Notes: a model not told the origin generated them from the letters alone. DNA of 46,696 nt from Candidatus Fraserbacteria bacterium (GCA_037442925.1 JBBIPG010000011.1:1-46696), one strand, 5' to 3'; shown: positions 17,429-27,726, counted from the first letter of the stretch. Numbers and translations are program-made.

Positions 17429-18811
17429 TCATGGTTCTCCTAAGACCGCTCGCTTGGCATCCACAAGGCCGTAGCCCTGAGCCGTCAGAGTCAATCCCAA
17501 ATCCTCCGCTGTCTGGTCCAGACGCTGCCGCACCTGCGTAGCATCTCTTATGCCAAGGGAGAAGAGAAGAGCAGCCACACCACTCACGTGAGGCACAGAA
17601 AACGACGTACCGTTCACGATCTGATATTGACCCGTAAGACCCGTTGAGAGAAGATCTGTGCCAGGGGCTGTGAGCTCGACTTCGGGGCCCATGTTGCTGA
17701 ACCAAGCGCGTTGGTCGTTCTTGTCACTGGCAGCTACCGCGATGACTTCTGGATACGCCGCCGGGAAGAGCACTTGTGATCCCTTGTTGCCCGCCGCTGC
17801 CACCAAGAGCACGCCCGCTTGATATGCGGCGATGATCGCCTCACGCAGCGCGGGGTTGTTCTCCGGCGTCCCCAGGCTCATGTTGATGATCTCAACCCCG
17901 CGGTCGAGTGCCCACTCGATTCCCCGAATGAGATCGCTGATTGATCCTTGCTCGTCCTGTCCCAGCATTTTGACCGACCAGATGCCGACCTTGGGAGCGA
18001 CGCCGACCAGTCCCTGACCGTTCTCGGCCGCAGCTAGGATGCCCGCAACGCCCGTGCCATGACCGTTGTCATCTTGTGGCTCGTCATCGCCATTGACGAA
18101 GTCGATGCCACCCACAATGTTGCCCTTCAAATCCGGGTGACCGAGATCCACGCCTGTGTCCAACAGAGCAACCTCAATGCCTTCTCCTAAGATCCCCGGA
18201 TGAGGCAGCACAATGACGGACGTGCATCCCCCCAGGATTCCGACTCCCACGACCAGAATGGCCGCGAGTAACCCGAGCTTCTGGAAGCGTCGATTTCGCA
18301 AGCTGATTGCTGATACTCCCACCAACCCCAAAGCCAGCAGCAATCCCAGTGAGACACCAGAAGTAAATAATGCACGGGAATAGTCGGCCCGATGGACAGC
18401 CGGTGCTCGGATTCGCTCTATCCCCCAGGAGTAGAGTTCTACGGGAGTAGCCGTGGCAGATAACTCAGCAGCCGCGGTGTGAGGAACCGGGCTTCCCGTC
18501 AGCCGCTCCGGAGTATAGACCACGGCATCGGGAACGATGTAGCGGACGTTGGGGTCTGCTGCGAGCTCTCGAAGAGCCTCACCTGTGAGGCGTGCCGCCA
18601 CCGCATCGATAAGCTTGTAAGCATACTCAACGCGTCCTCCGCTCTTCGTGATCTTTGCCTCCAGAGCTTTGCCGAGGCCCTGAGCAAAGAGCCCCTCCGG
18701 TCGTTTAAGGCCAATTATCACCGCATTCTCTTCAGAAGCAAACGATTCCTGCCCTGTGAGTAACGCGATCACGATCCCAATCACTGCATAGACGACCGTC
18801 TTCCAGCTCAT
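17429..18811 (-). CDS. Subtilisin-family (S8) serine peptidase with I9-like propeptide and an internal hydrophobic insertion
   Basis: Signal peptide; LLDTG, HGTGVAG, AAGN, GTSFS triad and oxyanion motifs. Confidence 0.93.
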   Translation of the reverse strand: MSWKTVVYAVIGIVIALLTGQESFASEENAVIIGLKRPEGLFAQGLGKALEAKITKSGGRVEYAYKLIDAVAARLTGEALRELAADPNVRYIVPDAVVYTPERLTGSPVPHTAAAELSATATPVELYSWGIERIRAPAVHRADYSRALFTSGVSLGLLLALGLVGVSAISLRNRRFQKLGLLAAILVVGVGILGGCTSVIVLPHPGILGEGIEVALLDTGVDLGHPDLKGNIVGGIDFVNGDDEPQDDNGHGTGVAGILAAAENGQGLVGVAPKVGIWSVKMLGQDEQGSISDLIRGIEWALDRGVEIINMSLGTPENNPALREAIIAAYQAGVLLVAAAGNKGSQVLFPAAYPEVIAVAASDKNDQRAWFSNMGPEVELTAPGTDLLSTGLTGQYQIVNGTSFSVPHVSGVAALLFSLGIRDATQVRQRLDQTAEDLGLTLTAQGYGLVDAKRAVLGEP

Positions 18812-18837
18812 TCGTTGATTCTCCTCCGTAAGATCTC

Positions 18838-21216
18838 TTATTTGAGCTCGACGATGGTAATCCCTTCGCCGCCCTCTTTAGCGGGGGCAGGGGAGATGCG
18901 CGCCACCCGCTGGTCTTTGGCCAGATGTTCTCGAATCACCCGTCGCAGCGTTCCTGTGCCCTTGCCATGAATGATGTAGGCTTTGCGCACGTCGTTTAGG
19001 ACCAGCCGATCCAGGTAGAGATCCACCTCGCGCAGCGCTTCGCTCGCCGTCAGCCCGCGCACCTGAAGTTCCAGCCCTGGGCTGCCCAGAGATAGTTCAT
19101 GGCTCATCACATCGGTCCGTATGGGTTCCCTTCTCGCAGTCTCTCTCGCGGCCGCTTCCGGCGGAGCGGAGCGCAGATCTGCGATATTGGCCTGAACCTT
19201 CACGCCGTGGATGTCCACTTCGACTCGGTTCTCACCCATGATCTCTCGCACCAGGCCCACTTGTGCTAACGGCTCCACCCGCACACGCATGCCTTTGTGA
19301 AGAGCGTCCAGAGTCAGTGGCGAAGAGATGTGCTCCTCGACTTGACCAGCGGCAGCCACCAGCTCTTCCCGAGATGTCTGGATTCGCTGGAGCTCTGTTT
19401 TGAGATCGTCTTCTGTTCTTTGAGACTGCCGGACTTGATGGAGTGCTTGTTCCAGTTGAAGGCGTGTCTCTTTCAGCTTGCGATCCAGATTTCGTAGTTC
19501 AGCACGGAGCAGTTCCTCCTTGCCACGTTCGAGCTCGTGCAAGCGCACCTCAAAGCGCTCTCGCTCTTGGCGCGCGGCTTCTCGCTCTTGCGCCAGACGA
19601 GTACGCTCTTCCGATAGTGCTACTCTCTCTCGCTCCAATAGCCGTATGATCTCTTCGGCTTTGACCGCTCCCTCCGATAGAAAACCTTCGGCGTGGCGAA
19701 CGATCTCCGAAGAGAGCCCGAGGCGCTCGGCGATGATGAAGGCATTGCTGGCTCCAACGCCCTCGAACAGGCGATACGTCGGCTTTAGAGTCTGCACATC
19801 GAATTCCACGGAGCACGTCTTGAGCTGTTCGTGTTGGTAGGCAAAGTGCTTAAGCGCACTAAAGTGCGTTGTCACAACGAGGCGCGCTTGGGAACGAAGC
19901 AGCGTAGTCAAAACGGAAATCCCCAAGGCCGCTCCCTCTTGCGGATCCGTCCCCGCTCCCAGTTCATCCAATAGCACCAACGAACGGGCGCTGACTTCTT
20001 TAAGAATTCCCACGATGTTCTTCATGTGTGACGAAAACGTGCTCAAGTTCTGTTGGATCGACTGCTCATCTCCGATGTCACTGCGTATGACCTCAAAGGT
20101 GCTCAGCTCACTCTCGGGCTCAGCCGGGATGGGGATTCCGGCTTGGATCATGAGTACCAAAAGACCCACTGTCTTGAGGGTCACGGTCTTGCCGCCCGTG
20201 TTGGGACCGGTGATGAGCACACCTAGAGTGCCGTCTCCAAACGCGAGATCGATGGGCACGACGGTGTGAGGATCGAGCAGCGGATGCCGCGCGTTGCGGA
20301 GTCGAATTCGCCCTTCGGTGTTGAGCTGGGGGGTAAAGCACCGGAGCTTAATGGCATACTGTGCCCGTGCGTAGAGTCCATCGAGCGTTCGCAAAGCCAG
20401 AAGCGTCTCATGAATAGCCCGACTCTCTTGTTGCACTTTCACGGTCAGTTCTTTGAGGATGCGAATCTTCTCGTCGCGGATCTCGCCTTCGAGTTCTCTG
20501 ATTTCGTTATTGGCCTCGACGACCGAGCGGGGTTCGATATAGAGTGTCTGGCCGGAATCCGACGTGTCATGGACCACGCAATCCACTTCGTGCTTGAACT
20601 GACTCTTGATGGGGATGACAAGTCGGCTGGAGCGGCGGGTGATGAGCGGCTCGCGGATCAGGCCGGAGTATTCCGGCGAGTTCAAGAATGCGTTCAGTCG
20701 TTCTTCCACTTGGTCTTCTACGGCTTGCTTGCGGCGGAAGAGCTGCCGGAGGCGAGGGGAAGCATCTTCGCGTAGTTCACCCTCTTCGTCGAAACTTCGG
20801 CGGATTGCACCTTCTAGCTCGCGGAAGATCCCAATGCGTTCGGCGAGCTCCTGCAGTTGAGTGTAGGGTCCTTTGAGAGATAGAATGGTCTCTCTCCAAT
20901 GCCTCCCACCCTCCAGAGTCTTTAAGATGACGAGAAATTCCTCGCCACCGAGTGATGTCGTCTCACGTGCGCGCTGTAGCAAGGGTTCGAGGTCTTCCAG
21001 CGGGTCCGGTGAGAGTCCGTATTCTATGATGGCTCCTCTCATCTCTTCGACGCGCGCCAATTCCCGCTGGATGGTGTTGAGATCCGTCGTGGGAGAGAGC
21101 GTCTCGATGGCCATGGCGCCCAAAGGGGAGACGGCAAAGCGTTTGATGGCGGATTTCACTCTCTCAAATTCGAGGTCCCTTAAGGTCCTCTCGTTGGCAA
21201 TGGCTGTTGGGTTCAT
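18838..21216 (-). CDS. mutS2: Endonuclease MutS2 (RqcU)
   Basis: ITGPNTGGKT, DIGDEQSI.QNLSTFSSH, LDELGAGTDP.EG, C-terminal Smr domain IIHGKGTG.LR. Confidence 0.97.
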   Translation of the reverse strand: MNPTAIANERTLRDLEFERVKSAIKRFAVSPLGAMAIETLSPTTDLNTIQRELARVEEMRGAIIEYGLSPDPLEDLEPLLQRARETTSLGGEEFLVILKTLEGGRHWRETILSLKGPYTQLQELAERIGIFRELEGAIRRSFDEEGELREDASPRLRQLFRRKQAVEDQVEERLNAFLNSPEYSGLIREPLITRRSSRLVIPIKSQFKHEVDCVVHDTSDSGQTLYIEPRSVVEANNEIRELEGEIRDEKIRILKELTVKVQQESRAIHETLLALRTLDGLYARAQYAIKLRCFTPQLNTEGRIRLRNARHPLLDPHTVVPIDLAFGDGTLGVLITGPNTGGKTVTLKTVGLLVLMIQAGIPIPAEPESELSTFEVIRSDIGDEQSIQQNLSTFSSHMKNIVGILKEVSARSLVLLDELGAGTDPQEGAALGISVLTTLLRSQARLVVTTHFSALKHFAYQHEQLKTCSVEFDVQTLKPTYRLFEGVGASNAFIIAERLGLSSEIVRHAEGFLSEGAVKAEEIIRLLERERVALSEERTRLAQEREAARQERERFEVRLHELERGKEELLRAELRNLDRKLKETRLQLEQALHQVRQSQRTEDDLKTELQRIQTSREELVAAAGQVEEHISSPLTLDALHKGMRVRVEPLAQVGLVREIMGENRVEVDIHGVKVQANIADLRSAPPEAAARETARREPIRTDVMSHELSLGSPGLELQVRGLTASEALREVDLYLDRLVLNDVRKAYIIHGKGTGTLRRVIREHLAKDQRVARISPAPAKEGGEGITIVELK

Positions 21217-21224
21217 CGCTCGCC

Positions 21225-21253
21225 AGCATAGGGTATGAGGGGGGAATTTTCAA
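21225..21253 (-). promoter_or_regulatory. Sigma70 promoter for the mutS2 operon (leaderless)
   Basis: Minus-strand TTGAAA-17-TATGCT, 8 nt before ATG 21216. Confidence 0.65.
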
Positions 21254-21266
21254 TGAATGATGCCGC

Positions 21267-21295
21267 TTGACACCCCTCAACCCATCGTTTATCCT
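21267..21295 (+). promoter_or_regulatory. Sigma70 promoter for greA (near-leaderless)
   Basis: TTGACA-17-TATCCT, 9 nt before ATG 21305, with no SD. Confidence 0.65.
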
Positions 21296-21304
21296 CTACG
21301 GGCT

Positions 21305-21775
21305 ATGGAAGAGCTTTATCTGAGGAAAGAGGAGTACGAGAAGCTCAAGCAGCGACTCGATGATCTGGAAAAACAGCGACGGGCAGTCGCTCAAGAGATC
21401 GCCGAGGCTCGCGTGCAACGCGATCTGCGCGAGAATGCTGCCTACCACGCTGCCAAGGAGAAGCAAGCGTTTCTTGAGGGCGAGATCACAGAGATTACGC
21501 GTCGCATCCGACAGGCCCGCATTCTCGATGAAAACCAGCCACCCAATGGGCAAGTGCGACCCGGCTCGCGCGTTCGCTTGGCGGATCTCCTCAGCGGAGA
21601 AGAGCTGTGTGTCGTGCTCGTCTCCGATCTCAGTCTAGCTGCCGAGGATGGAATCATGCCCGTATCCTCGCGCTCTCCCTTGGGGCAAGCCCTTATCGGT
21701 CGGAGCCTTGGCCAGACGTTTTCCATCGAGGCCCCCCGGGGAACCCAGCGGTACCAAATCCTCGAAATTCTGTAG
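21305..21775 (+). CDS. greA: Transcription elongation factor GreA
   Basis: DLRENAAYHAAKE.Q..LE, SPLGQALIG, EAPRG. Confidence 0.9.
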   Translation: MEELYLRKEEYEKLKQRLDDLEKQRRAVAQEIAEARVQRDLRENAAYHAAKEKQAFLEGEITEITRRIRQARILDENQPPNGQVRPGSRVRLADLLSGEELCVVLVSDLSLAAEDGIMPVSSRSPLGQALIGRSLGQTFSIEAPRGTQRYQILEIL

Positions 21776-21806
21776 CAGAGCCATACACGAGAGAGGGAGT
21801 GGACTT

Positions 21807-23123
21807 GTGAACAAGAAACGCGTTCTCATTATGGGAGCCGCCGGGCGCGACTTTCATAACTTCAACGTCTATTTCCGTGATAATCCCCAATACGAGGTCG
21901 TGGCCTTCACGGCCACACAAATTCCCGACATCGAAGGGCGCAAATACCCATCGAAACTAGCCGGAAGGCTCTACCCTCAGGGCATCCCCATTGAGTCAGA
22001 AGAGGACCTTGTTTCACTCATTCAAACGCACGAGATTGATTTGGTCGTCTTCGCATACAGTGACGTCTCACATTCATACATCATGCAACGGGCATCGACG
22101 GCTCTTGCAGCGGGGGCGGACTTTGCGCTTCTGGGACCGCGCTCGACCATGCTCCAATCCAACGTCCCTGTGATTGCTGTGACCGCCGTGCGCACCGGAG
22201 CAGGTAAGAGCCAGACCACCCGCCGCATCACCGACATCCTCAAACGCATGGGGCTCAAAATCGTCGTCATCCGCCATCCCATGCCCTATGGGGACCTCAC
22301 CGAGCAGGTCTGCCAGCGCTTCGCTAGCTACGAGGACCTCGATACGTACCATTGCACCATCGAGGAGCGCGAAGAATATGAGCCTCATATAGCCCGTGGC
22401 AACGTGGTCTACGCCGGTGTGGACTATCAAGTGATTCTCGATCAAGCCCAGCAAGAAGCCGACGTCATCGTCTGGGATGGTGGCAATAACGACTTTGCGT
22501 TCTATGAGCCCACGCTCTCCATTGTCGTGGCCGATCCCCATCGACCGGGACATGAGCTGGGTTACTATCCGGGGTACGTAAACTTGAGAATGGCCGATGT
22601 CGTCGTCATCAACAAGGTCGATACCGCCGACCTCAAAGATGTCGAACGAGTGCGGGATAACGTGAGGGAACACAACCCGCATGCCATCATCATCGAAGCG
22701 GCATCCCCCATCTACGTGGAGAACCCAGAAGTGATCCGCGACCAGCGCGTCTTGGTCATCGAGGATGGTCCCACGCTCACTCACGGCGAGATGGAATACG
22801 GTGCCGGTGCAATCGCCGCGGAAAAATACGGCGCCAAAGAGATGATCGATCCCCGGCGCTTTGCGGTCAACTCCATTCAAGCGACGTTCCAGAAGTATCC
22901 GCACCTTCAGAACATCCTGCCTGCCATGGGCTATGGAGAAGAGCAGATTCGCGATCTGGAAGAGACGATCAACCGCTCCGACTGCGAGTCCGTCGTCATC
23001 GCCACACCCATAGATCTCACACGTCTTATTGATTTCAAAGTGCCCACGACTGAAGTGAGATACGAACTGCAGGAACTGCGACCGACCAGCCTGGAAGATG
23101 TGATTCGCGAGCGGTTGAAGTGA
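21807..23123 (+). CDS. COG2403 P-loop protein (cyclic 2,3-DPG synthetase family; probable arginine synthetase ArcE)
   Basis: GTG start; IMGAAGRDFHNFN..FRDN..YEVVAFTATQIP.IEGR, AVRTGAGKS, RHPMPYG, TIEEREEYE, WDGGNND, EDGPTLTHG. Confidence 0.85.
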   Translation: MNKKRVLIMGAAGRDFHNFNVYFRDNPQYEVVAFTATQIPDIEGRKYPSKLAGRLYPQGIPIESEEDLVSLIQTHEIDLVVFAYSDVSHSYIMQRASTALAAGADFALLGPRSTMLQSNVPVIAVTAVRTGAGKSQTTRRITDILKRMGLKIVVIRHPMPYGDLTEQVCQRFASYEDLDTYHCTIEEREEYEPHIARGNVVYAGVDYQVILDQAQQEADVIVWDGGNNDFAFYEPTLSIVVADPHRPGHELGYYPGYVNLRMADVVVINKVDTADLKDVERVRDNVREHNPHAIIIEAASPIYVENPEVIRDQRVLVIEDGPTLTHGEMEYGAGAIAAEKYGAKEMIDPRRFAVNSIQATFQKYPHLQNILPAMGYGEEQIRDLEETINRSDCESVVIATPIDLTRLIDFKVPTTEVRYELQELRPTSLEDVIRERLK

Positions 23124-23227
23124 ATTGGGCATGGAGGACCCAGACTTGCTATCATTGTGCATCTTCGAGAACTCCGCTCTCAAAACACATACATCAACAG
23201 AAGCGGAGGTAGGGGAGGCAAACGGCT

Positions 23228-26200
23228 GTGAACCGCGTAGTGATCCTAGCTCTTCTGATCGTCACTGCCTTGGCGGGGATGCTCGCCTTCAAGACCGGCA
23301 TTCCTGAGCACAACGTAACTCAACCCGCTGAGATCATCGAGGCTCCACAAAGCATGGAACTATCTGCTTCGGCCGAGGCAGCCACGGTGGAGGCACCGCT
23401 GCCAGAACTGGAGGAGTACATCCAGAAAGCCATGCGCGATTGGCAAGTCCCTGGCCTAGCCATTGCCATCGTGAAAGATGACCAGATTGCCTTGGCGAAG
23501 GGGTACGGGCTGCGCGAGATCGGAAAAGATACACCTGTGGATGAACACACGCTCTTTGCCATCGGCTCAGCCACCAAGGCGTTCACAGCCGCAGCACTCG
23601 GGATGCTCGTGGATGAAGGCAAATTGAACTGGGATGACAAAGTGATCGATTACTTGCCTGACTTCCAGCTCTTCGACCCCTGGGTCACCCGCGAGTTTAC
23701 CATCCGCGACCTCTTGACCCATCGAAGCGGTCTGGAGCGTGCGGATATCCTCTGGTACGGTAGTGCCTACGACCGAGACGAGATCCTGCGCCGTATTCGG
23801 TATCTTGAGCCCAGTTCGAGTTTCCGTAGTCGCTTTGGCTACCAGAATATTATGTACTTGGCTGCCGGACAAGTAGTCGAAGCCGTATCGGGAATGAGCT
23901 GGGATGAGTTCGTCAAACAACGCATCTTTGAGCCCCTGGGTATGACGGCAAGCAATACGAGCGTGGTGGCTCTTGAGGACGCCGAGAATGTAGCCACGCC
24001 CCATGCCAAGCTTGGTGATGCTGTCGAACCCGTCCCCTACCGCAATATTGACAATATCGCGCCTGCGGGCTCGATCAATTCCAATGTTGTGGATATGGCG
24101 CAATGGGTACGGATGCAACTGGGCCAGGGCACCTACGAAGGGCAACAGCTCCTGAGTCCCATGACCGTACGAGAGATGCATACCCCGCAGATGGTCCTCT
24201 CCCCTTCGCCTTATCCCGACCCATTGAACACCGGCACGCACTTCAACACCTACGGTCTTGGCTGGATCGTACAGGACTACCGGGGAGAGAAGATCGTACA
24301 GCACGGCGGCAACATCGACGGCATGTCGGCGCAGGTCGCCATGATCCCGGAGAAGAAACTGGGCCTGGTGATCCTGACCAACATGAACGGATCGCCTCTT
24401 CCTAGCGTCCTTATGTACAAAGTCTTTGACGTGTATTTGAACGCACCGTCCCGAGACTGGAACGCAGACGTCTTGAAGTTGGCTAAGAGCGTCGAGCAGC
24501 AGATCGCCGCTTTGCGAAAACAGCAGGACGAGTCACGGGTCAAAGACACAACACCCTCACTCTCTCTCGATAAGTACACCGGCACATACACCAGCAAGGT
24601 CTATGGTGCGATTCAAATCACTGAAGCCGATGGGAAATTACTCCTCCGGTCGCCGGATCTGCTCTTGGCAGGCGAGCTGGAGCACTGGCACTACGACACG
24701 TTTCGTATTGCGTTCTCTGATCGACTGCTGGCGTCCGAGGAGCTGGGGCATTTCCTGGTTACCTTCACGCTGAATGAGAAGGCGGAAGTCACCGAGCTTA
24801 CGATCAAGAGCTTGTCCGTAGGAGAGTTTCAATTCCAGCGGGCAGCCGAAACCACGAAGATAGAGGCCAAACCCACAGAGATCCTATGGGACACGTGGGG
24901 CGTGCCCCACATCTTCGCCCCAGATGCCGAAGGACTCTTTTATGGCTTTGGCTGGGCGCAGATGCAGAGCCATGGCAACTTGCTTCTTACGCTCTACGGT
25001 CAAGCCCGTGGGCGAGCCGCGGAGTATTGGGGCAAGGATTTTCTCGTCTCCGACCGCGCTGTCCACACCATGGGACTCTATGAGCGGGCCCGTACATGGT
25101 ATCAGCAGCAGAGCCCACAGTTTCGCAACTATCTGAACGCCTTCGCCTCCGGCATCAATGACTACGCGAAGAGCCATGCGGACAAGCTTGACGATCAACT
25201 GGAAGTCGTATTGCCAGTCACAGCTACAGACGTGCTCGCTCATGCTGCACGCATCATCTATGTCTTTTTGGGCTTGACCAGTGGATGCTCTCAAGTCCTG
25301 CCCGCCGGCACAGAACTGGGATCGAACGGATGGGCCATCGGCCCCGCGCGTTCTGAGAGCGGGAACGCCATGCTTTTGGCCAATCCCCATCTCCCCTGGT
25401 CGGAGTCTGAGCCGTTCCTCTTCTATGAGGCACAACTCACGGCACCGGGTATCTATGACGCCTATGGAGTCACGCTGGTAGGCGTGCCCGTCCTGGCCAT
25501 CGCCTTCAATGACAATCTGGGCTGGACGCACACCGTCAATACCATCGATGCTTGTGACTTGTACGCCCTCACCCCAGCGGAGGGTGGGTATATGTTCGAC
25601 GGGAAAGTCCGTCCATTTGAGACTCGCACGGTTACGATCAAAGTCAAGGGAGATGACGGCAAGCTGGGCCAAGAGAAACTCACCATCCGGCGTTCCATCC
25701 ATGGGCCTGTTGTAGAGCAAGCGGGAAAACTTCTGGCCATGCGCATGGCTGCCGTCGATGCCACCTCCGCAGCGGGCGGGCTGGAGCAATGGTGGGATAT
25801 GGCGCGCGCCCAAAACTTAGACGAGTTTGAGTCTGCACTCAAGCGCCTGCAAGTCCCCATGTTCACGGTGATCTACGCCGACCGAGATGGCCACATCATG
25901 AGCCTCTTCAATGGACAAGTCCCCGTGCGAGCCAAGCGAGATGCCGCTTTCTGGGCAGGCACCGTCGCGGGTGACACGTCTGAGACTTTGTGGACCAAGA
26001 TCCACTCGTATGACGATCTGCCTAAGGTGCTCGATCCACCCAGCGGTTGGGTGCAGAACTCCAATAGCCCCCCGTGGTACACGACGTTCCCGCTCATGCT
26101 CAACCCCAATGATTACCCACCGTACATGGCTGCGCAGTCTCTCAACTTCCGCGAGCAGCGTGCCATTGGCATGCTCGACGAAGATCCGAGCATCTCCTTC

Positions 26201-26887
26201 GAAGAGATGATTGCTGATAAATTCTCGACGCGGATGGAGCTTGCTGATCGCATTCTCGATGATCTGATTGCTGCTGCGCGAGAATACGGCAGCGATCTGG
26301 CAAAGCAAGCCGCCGATGTGCTCGAAGCTTGGGATCGCCAAGCCAATGCCGACAGTCGTGGCGCGGCGCTCTTCAGTATTTGGGTCCAAGAGATCGCGTC
26401 CAAGGACCCTGGGTTCTCCAAGCTCTTTGCCAAGCCCTGGGACGCGAAAGATCCTCTCAAAACACCGACTGGACTCGCCAATGCCGAGGCTGCCGCGGCA
26501 GCGCTAGATATAGCTGCTTCGAAAGCTTTGGAGGCTTTGGGGGCGCTCGATGTACCTTGGGGTGAGATCATGCGGCTTCGCCGGGGCACTGTAGACCTAC
26601 CGGGCAGTGGCGGCTCCGGAGGCCTGGGCATCTTCCGAGTCATTTCGTACACACCGGATAGAGATGGACGCTATGCCGCCTTCTTCGGTGACACGTTCAT
26701 TGCTGCCGTGGAGTTCTCTACACCCTTGCAAGCTCAGGTGCTCCTGACGTATGGCAACGCCACCCAGCCCGGATCACCGCACATCGGTGACCAGCTCGAA
26801 CTCTACGCACGTGACCAGTTGCGACCGGCATGGCGGACGCGTGAGGAGATCTTACAACATCTGGAGTTGCGTGAGACGCTGAGATAA
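23228..26887 (+). CDS. Fusion: beta-lactamase-family serine hydrolase + DUF3471-like domain + penicillin/cephalosporin acylase (Ntn hydrolase)
   Basis: FAIGSATK, LLTHRSG, YQN, HGG; then EILWDTWGVPHI, LG-SNGWAIG, ANPHLPW. Confidence 0.9.
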   Translation: MNRVVILALLIVTALAGMLAFKTGIPEHNVTQPAEIIEAPQSMELSASAEAATVEAPLPELEEYIQKAMRDWQVPGLAIAIVKDDQIALAKGYGLREIGKDTPVDEHTLFAIGSATKAFTAAALGMLVDEGKLNWDDKVIDYLPDFQLFDPWVTREFTIRDLLTHRSGLERADILWYGSAYDRDEILRRIRYLEPSSSFRSRFGYQNIMYLAAGQVVEAVSGMSWDEFVKQRIFEPLGMTASNTSVVALEDAENVATPHAKLGDAVEPVPYRNIDNIAPAGSINSNVVDMAQWVRMQLGQGTYEGQQLLSPMTVREMHTPQMVLSPSPYPDPLNTGTHFNTYGLGWIVQDYRGEKIVQHGGNIDGMSAQVAMIPEKKLGLVILTNMNGSPLPSVLMYKVFDVYLNAPSRDWNADVLKLAKSVEQQIAALRKQQDESRVKDTTPSLSLDKYTGTYTSKVYGAIQITEADGKLLLRSPDLLLAGELEHWHYDTFRIAFSDRLLASEELGHFLVTFTLNEKAEVTELTIKSLSVGEFQFQRAAETTKIEAKPTEILWDTWGVPHIFAPDAEGLFYGFGWAQMQSHGNLLLTLYGQARGRAAEYWGKDFLVSDRAVHTMGLYERARTWYQQQSPQFRNYLNAFASGINDYAKSHADKLDDQLEVVLPVTATDVLAHAARIIYVFLGLTSGCSQVLPAGTELGSNGWAIGPARSESGNAMLLANPHLPWSESEPFLFYEAQLTAPGIYDAYGVTLVGVPVLAIAFNDNLGWTHTVNTIDACDLYALTPAEGGYMFDGKVRPFETRTVTIKVKGDDGKLGQEKLTIRRSIHGPVVEQAGKLLAMRMAAVDATSAAGGLEQWWDMARAQNLDEFESALKRLQVPMFTVIYADRDGHIMSLFNGQVPVRAKRDAAFWAGTVAGDTSETLWTKIHSYDDLPKVLDPPSGWVQNSNSPPWYTTFPLMLNPNDYPPYMAAQSLNFREQRAIGMLDEDPSISFEEMIADKFSTRMELADRILDDLIAAAREYGSDLAKQAADVLEAWDRQANADSRGAALFSIWVQEIASKDPGFSKLFAKPWDAKDPLKTPTGLANAEAAAAALDIAASKALEALGALDVPWGEIMRLRRGTVDLPGSGGSGGLGIFRVISYTPDRDGRYAAFFGDTFIAAVEFSTPLQAQVLLTYGNATQPGSPHIGDQLELYARDQLRPAWRTREEILQHLELRETLR

Positions 26888-26919
26888 CGCCAACGGATTC
26901 TGGGCGCGCTTGGCTGAAT

Positions 26920-27726
26920 CTAGCGAATGTCAATCGAGCCAGCACCGATTTCCACTTGGATATCTGCTTTGTTCGTTGCTGTGTCGTAATCTGCGGATTG
27001 ATAGACGCTGCCCATGTGTGCGAAACGGCTTGTGTCCACCTTGATTCCCGCGAGACTTCCCTCGATGCGAATGCGGGCAGCGACTCCAGAGGGGACTCGG
27101 ACATCCAAAGAAGCCGCACCGGCCTTGATGCCCACCTGCGTATGTCCCGCGTGGACAGGTAGCGTTAGTTTCGTCGAGCTGGCCCCGGTTTTCAGCCGTA
27201 GCTCGCTCACACGCAGCTCACTGAAATCCAGTCGCATCTCAGCGGCTCCGGTTTCAAGATCGAGCACCAGCGGGACCTCACCATTAAGAGCGAACGACCA
27301 GTTAAGTCCACCTTCCCACTCCCAGTTCCACGGCATGGCGAAGTGCGAGAAACGATGGGTAGGCATACGCATGTCAACACCCAGCAGATCTCCCTCTCGC
27401 TTCGCTTCATAATCTAAGCCACCGCCGAAGGTTCCTGAGACCAGCTCAGAGGATCGTGCCCCTGCATTCAAAGACAAACGACCCGCCCCATAATGAATCT
27501 TCACACGGGCGCGCTGAGCGCCCTCCAGGGGGATCGACACTCGCTCCGTCACCACAGAACGTCGCCTGCTCATGGACCCCAGGACGATCCACAGCCCCAC
27601 CAAGATGACGAGTAGAGGCCAGAAGATCCTCCAGAAACTGACCTCAATGATGTCGAGATTCTCCAACAACAGCAACACACCGGCCAGGATCAAGATGCTC
27701 CCCCAGAAGAAGCTGCTCCTTCTCAT
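26920..27726 (-). CDS. LiaI/LiaF-like (DUF5668) membrane protein with toast-rack/adhesin beta domain
   Basis: FWGSILILAGVLLLLENL..FWPLLVILVGL, followed by GAG/GAS repeated strands ending GAGSIDIR. Confidence 0.75.
   Translation of the reverse strand: MRRSSFFWGSILILAGVLLLLENLDIIEVSFWRIFWPLLVILVGLWIVLGSMSRRRSVVTERVSIPLEGAQRARVKIHYGAGRLSLNAGARSSELVSGTFGGGLDYEAKREGDLLGVDMRMPTHRFSHFAMPWNWEWEGGLNWSFALNGEVPLVLDLETGAAEMRLDFSELRVSELRLKTGASSTKLTLPVHAGHTQVGIKAGAASLDVRVPSGVAARIRIEGSLAGIKVDTSRFAHMGSVYQSADYDTATNKADIQVEIGAGSIDIR

Noticed and set aside
21648..21806. N-terminal extension of the 491-aa ORF
   Set aside because: Overlaps greA; family motifs begin at GTG 21807.
22074..23183. 369-aa antisense ORF (and similar ones at 2563-3189, 24884-25813, 30063-30932)
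   Set aside because: Shadow ORFs opposite well-supported genes, with no recognisable motifs.
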